Positions 58,720 through 64,000 of a stretch of 64,000 bases of DNA are shown piece after piece. Within the stretch, counting starts at the first letter, position 1, and the number at the start of each line of letters is the position of its first letter. The position numbers were made by a program, and so were the translations under genes. Origin of the DNA: Eledone cirrhosa (lineage: Eukaryota). The stretch spans positions 167,214,001 through 167,278,000 of the forward strand of contig OZ024740.1 of assembly GCA_964016885.1 (NCBI GenBank), read 5' to 3'. The notes under the pieces were generated by a model. The model saw nothing but the letters and a program-made list of their open reading frames with translations. It was not told the DNA's origin and made no database searches.

Positions 58720-59665
58720 TCCCTATGTCAACCAAGAACATACCTATACCATCCAAGAATACATATGAAAAATTGTTGATTGACAGTGTAAATTCTTTTA
58801 TCAATAGAGTGAGATGGAGGACATTCCATTATGATAAAAACAAATCTAACAATGTTAATAATGCTAACAAATTTGACTCCTTCGGCTTTAAAACCTTTAG
58901 AAGCCCCCCTCATAACACACTACTAAACTCCTTTGAAAATGACCTAATAAAACTAGTTAAGAACATTAAATACAATAAGCACCGTAATAGAAACAACACC
59001 TTCTTAAACAAACTTAACACCTCTATTAATGAATTCAAAACTAGTAATAAAATGATTGTACATGCAGATAAAACTAATAACGTATACAGCCTAGATTATA
59101 ATACTTATAGAAAGTTTATATATAATGAACTACATAAAAGCTACAAGAAAACTACTATGAAAAACTTAGAAGATATTAATATAGAGGGATATAATATAGT
59201 GTCTAAACTAGGACTTCAGAGGCATACACAACCATATACCCCAACCCCCCTTAGATTCTCTCTGAAGGACCATAAGGACGACTTCATTAGCAACCCCTCG
59301 ATTACACTTATCTGCCCTTCCAAGTCTGACATTGGCATTATCAGTAAGACAATTTTAGATAAAATCATCCCACAGATTAAACACAAGATATACCTTAAAC
59401 AATGGGGAAATATGTATTATTGTTGAATGGTTCAAAGACATCAAGGATAACAAGGACAAAAAATTTATTCAATTTGATATCAATTCATACTACACCTCTA
59501 TTTCCCCTATCCTATTAAATAAGGCACTAATCATGGCCATGAACAATAGCAACCTGACTAGAACCCAGATTGATGACATTCTTGCGGCCCGTAAAACCGT
59601 AATCACCTTTGAAGACCAATTATGGACCCGCAAGGATACGCACAACAACTTCGACATAACCATGT
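58720..59665 (+). pseudogene. Naiad-like PLE reverse transcriptase, N-terminal half (one frameshift near 59415; truncated)
   Basis: STKNIPIPSKNTYEKLLID..FINRVRWR..FGFKT.RSPP..FENDL..HADKTNNVY..LKDHKDDF..CPSKSDIG.ISK.ILDKI..KQW, then VEWFKDI..KFIQFDINSYYTSIS..LLNKAL..ARKT..FDITM. Confidence 0.92.
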
Positions 59666-59759
59666 ACTCAATACGTTACTCAATGTACTCAATACGTTAG
59701 TTTAGTATAGGTATCTATGCCTACCTAAAGATATCAGAAATATAAAGATTATCTGCATT

Positions 59760-60540
59760 GAAATAACAAAAAAAGGTTTTATTAACTCCTACGATTAAAG
59801 ATCAGCCAGCTATGGGATGCAAGCTCAAAGCAAAGCCAGATGTGGATGCAACCTCAAAGCAAGGACCAGTTTGTCTCCAAACGAAACTGTTACATACCGG
59901 CAAAATTAGTCACGACAAAAACATAAAATATGTTATGGAAATTAGCATATCTCCTAGTAAATCATATTTCTGAGCAGGTTCATAGTTTTGCTCTCGAAAT
60001 ACACTCGGTCTCGTAGAAGACATTAAAAGGTTACAATGAACGTTCACTTATAATATAACTTCGGTAAAATTCATTAATCAGCGGGAACATCTGAAACCAT
60101 CCTGATTTGAACAACGATGAGATTGATATATTCTTATATATGTCTGCCACTGTTTCTTTCTGGCTGCGAGCCATGAATCATGCCTACGCAAAAACAAAAA
60201 CTTGTTGTGAATATATTTCCCACAAATTGTCTCTGCATCATCTATAGCGCAACATACCAAGATCTCATAACAAATGTGGACCTTTTCACACGCACAGAAC
60301 AGTCACATCTCTATGCTCAGTTACGAAACTAGCGATTGTCATGGATTGGACATCAATTCCGGCATCCAAATAGTAACGTCCTTGTTGTGTGTCTTCTGCT
60401 ACCAGGAGGTTGCCACAAGAGACAAAGACTGAAGACCACATTCCAAATAATGGTCAGAAAAGAATAGTCAGCGCAATTCAGCAAAAAGCCAGTAATAGAA
60501 ACGTTTGGGCAGCTCTTATTTTATGTCCCTCAAGACATTA
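59760..60540 (+). mobile_element. Degenerate RTE RT C-terminal fragment
   Basis: YQDLITNVDLFTRTEQSHLYAQLRN*RLSWIGHQFRHPNS...KASNRNVWAALI. Confidence 0.65.
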
Positions 60541-60751
60541 TTACATTATTTTAATATGGTTTATATATGTGCACATATTTCTCAGTATTCTATTATTTCA
60601 TTTGAAATAATAGATATTGATTGATTGTTTGATACATGGTAGATCCTGAAGGATATTTTTTTTATTATTTGGCATTAAACAGAATTGTATTCCCAAAATA
60701 CTGCCAACTTTCAAATATCCAAGCTTCTAAACGTACTGTACAAGTAGATGA

Positions 60752-60821
<70 letters not shown>

Positions 60822-60826
<5 letters not shown>

Positions 60827-61234
60827 CAAGAAAACGAAAAATCAGTGATGCATCTAGATTTGGTTTATTTCGTGTTACAAATGTTTCGCCGGCAGGTAGC
60901 TCGAGTACTGGTCCTTGTATGGATCTGGCTGATTCTACTTCTGCAAGTTCTTTCAGACACGTCTGTTATGTCCGGAGCAAATTTTATCACGTGATAAAAT
61001 TTGCTCCGGACATAACAGACGTGTCTGAAAGAACCTGCAGAAGTAGAATCAGCCAGATCCATACAAGAACCATGACTCGAGCTACCTGCCGGCGAAACAT
61101 TTGTAACACGAAATAAACCAAATCTAGATGCATCACTGATTTTTCGTTTTCTTGATAATTTATACACTCTACTCTGATGAATATCGAGTGCTAATTTTGG
61201 CATACCGCCTGTGGAAGCACCATAGCTACCACTA
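60822..61234 (+). mobile_element. Family A: spacer-less palindrome 60822-61159 (centre 60990/60991) plus tail; HHR-like motifs at 60871-60961 (-) and 61020-61110 (+)
   Basis: 169-bp arms with a few mismatches. The tail has ACTC (61166)..GAGTGC (61186)..GGCATACCGCC. Confidence 0.92.
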
Positions 61235-61278
61235 TACACAAACATATATATATATGTGTGTTTGTGTGTGTGTGTCTG

Positions 61279-61613
61279 ATGGTAGCTAATATGCTTCCAT
61301 AGGCGGTATGCCGGTTGAGCACTCTATGCTCTTACAGAGCAGAGTATGATAGAATAGAAAACGAAAAATCAGTGATGCATCTGAACTCAATTTATTGTGT
61401 TTTGCAATTGTTTCGCCGGCGGACAGCTCAAGACGCGATCATTGTGTGGATCTGTCTGATTCTGGACCCGCAGGTTCGACGGACACGTCTAATGATTTTG
61501 GAGCATATTCTCTCACTGATCCGCACAATGATCGCGTCTCGAGCTGTCCGCCGGCGAAACAATTGCAACACACAATAAATTGAGTTCAGATGCATCACTG
61601 ATTTCTCGTTTTT

Positions 61614-61620
<7 letters not shown>
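61279..61620 (-). mobile_element. Family A diverged subfamily: full unit on minus (61279-61517) plus inverted partial arm (61518-61620)
   Basis: Same layout as family A. Core CCGUCGA, GAAA caauug CA. Confidence 0.85.
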
Positions 61621-61697
<77 letters not shown>

Positions 61698-63188
61698 TGA
61701 CATTTCCTATCACGTAAAGCACTACGACACATTGTAGTTTCAAATGAGTAGAGAATGAAATAGCTATATATTCCAGTTTTCCACGAGCAGGAAAACCAGA
61801 AGAGAAGGCCTGACTCTATGCGTGATGAGGTAGTGATGGGTGTAGGAGAGTGATTTATGCCACACGTTAGTGGATAAATATATATTCCATATCCAGAAAG
61901 ATTATAATAATTCGTAATCTTTTAAAACGCTTTATCGAAAGCTTTTCATTTATCACTTTTTTTTCGTACGTATTGAACGATTCTCACTTGTTTCAATTTC
62001 TCGATTTTATTATCCGCTTTGAGAAATATATTGAACCTGCAAGTAATACTCCATAGAGCTATTTTGAAAATAATGGATGACTCATATCAAGCAAATTAAA
62101 TAACTTGAGTTTATTCGTGCAATAGTCCAATATTTCTGGTATATTTTAATATATCCTAGATAGATTTATTTACGTAAGCAATTGTCATGGTTAATGTAAC
62201 CGTCATTCACGTTTATAAGAAACCACCCACCAGGCGTAATGTAACATCAATTTCCGTGAACTTAATGTTTAATTGAGCAGTAAAATTTGCCTAAAACAAG
62301 CACCGTAAATGTCGTTTTTAACGAACGTTGATCCGAAATACTAACGGAGGAAAGGTGGCTGTGCAAGTAGGTTTTTAATTTTCCTTACGTAATTACTCTT
62401 TTCTTTGAGTCCATTTCGACACCCACTCTTCCGTCCTTGAATGTTAATTACAATATGATCCTAAATGACATCGATAATTATTTAGAGTTCATCAAATTTA
62501 TAGTTTTTATGGTTATCGTAAATATTTATTTAGAACTTTACGGTGTGCATTAGCAGAAAATAAGTGACTGAAACTAGTTTTTTTATTTCTTCTTAAATAT
62601 CTAGTAGAATGATCATTTCTGAATCTAACAAAAATACATATATGGGTTCACCTTCATTGTCGACAATAATTTTGCTAGATTTTCAATCTCGTTCTGACAT
62701 TAATTGTGAAGAGTAAGCTGTGGTTGATTAGGAGTACCAATAGTTCATCATATAACACAGATTTGTTTATGCTTCAGAACAATAGAAACTTTTTTAGTAT
62801 CTGGGGTTATAGGTGTCATAATGATATGACTCGTATAATTCCTTTAAATATGTGTTTAACTGATGTTGAATTATTCTGATATTTTCCTCTGACATTTTGA
62901 GAAATAAGTTGAACTCTGAGTAACTATTTGATTGCATACAGCTGTCTGTTTATATTCATAAAATGATTCATAAGCTCATCGATATAGAAAGAAACTGTAA
63001 TATGAAATAAAGTTTACAAAGTGCTGCAATTCTTATTGTCACTATATATACACTTTGCAAACTACAGTCCACATAAATCTGCAGCACAACCTAACGAGGG
63101 ACGGACATAGAAACAGCATCGAGTATTTCGATCAGCCTCACCGCTAGTAACTACAAGTTACCCACCTAATAGCATACATGTGTGAGTC

Positions 63189-63219
<31 letters not shown>

Positions 63220-63869
63220 AGGTGTGTGTGTAGGTATGTGTGTGTGTGAATGAGTGTGTCTGTGAGTGTGTGACAGTGCGTTTGCGTATATATATATATA
63301 TGAATAGAATTAGAATTTAGCTTCTGGCACAGCTGTCTACAGATGTGTATTGGGGTTTCGTATTTCAAAAGAAATAAGGTATATTTACAAATAAACATTT
63401 AGGAAGCAATAGTTATGCCAAAACAGCAGCGGCTAGTGCCGTCTAGCGGTGTCCAGTAGAAGCAAAAGGGGACAATAGTCGATTCATTTCAAACTGAACT
63501 GGTTGTCATTGCTCTTGCAACTGCAGCACTTGAAAACAGGCGAGAATATATACTTTTCTCGTGTATGTAAATGAGGTGATTCATCTCATTTGCATATGAA
63601 AATGTATAAGTTAGCTCACATTATAATAGAAGGGAATTAAAATTTACCTTCGAGCATAGCGGTATACAGATAGGTAGTGATAGGTAGTGATTGAACAATT
63701 CAAATCCCAGGGATATATGATATTAATGAGAATACGTTAAAACAGAAAAGTAGAATGCTTCTAATCTGTTGTAAAATTAACTTTGTTGAATAATCAACAA
63801 CCCATATAACTCATTGCTTATATATATATATATTTATTTACTAAAATAACAGATTAAAGTTTAAGCAAA

Positions 63870-63908
63870 TAATCGCTGCTTTCACCCTTAACGGGATCTT
63901 CTGAAACT
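63870..63908 (-). ncRNA. Degenerate minimal HHR
   Basis: CAGAAGA uccc-guuaa-gggu GAAA gcagc. Stem II resembles that of 13231-13268. Confidence 0.4.
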
Positions 63909-64000
63909 AGAAAAATTAATCTGTGAACTCAGAAGTAAATATTTCGAAAAACGTTGAAACCGAAAGAAAACAGGAAGACGACACTTTGGTTCGTTGAGAC

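Noticed and set aside
58434-58720. N-terminal ~95 aa of the 330-aa ORF
   Set aside because: Similarity to PLE RT begins near STKNIP. The upstream part looks like chance read-through across the junction with the opposite-strand segment.
60822-61159. Spacer-less palindromes as pure sequencing artefacts
   Set aside because: The arms differ at several positions, and the centre coincides with the 5' end seen in other family A copies, so a biological origin is more likely.

Overview
Eukaryotic, AT-rich, microsatellite-saturated DNA, most likely from an octopod cephalopod (inferred from tRNA-derived SINEs that resemble octopus SINE families). No host protein-coding gene is confidently visible, and most listed ORFs are translations of (TA)n/(CA)n. 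The window is a retroelement landscape: several Penelope-like elements (PLEs, Naiad-like RT and GIY-YIG), one near full-length degenerate RTE LINE plus RTE fragments, two CRE-like RLE fragments, SINEs and a probable non-autonomous Helitron end. The most striking signal is about 25 complete or partial type I hammerhead-ribozyme (HHR) motifs from at least 10 sequence families, almost all sitting in (TA)n tracts. Many lie in inverted (palindromic) pairs where one arm carries an extra 3' tail with a shared ACTC..GAGTGC hairpin. They include recurrent non-canonical cores (CCGANGA, UUGAUAA, CUGAAAGA), a ~245-bp non-autonomous HHR mini-element with a fixed 5' end, and a ~320-340-nt tandem retrozyme-like unit. 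All structures were read by eye; none was computed or searched against a database.
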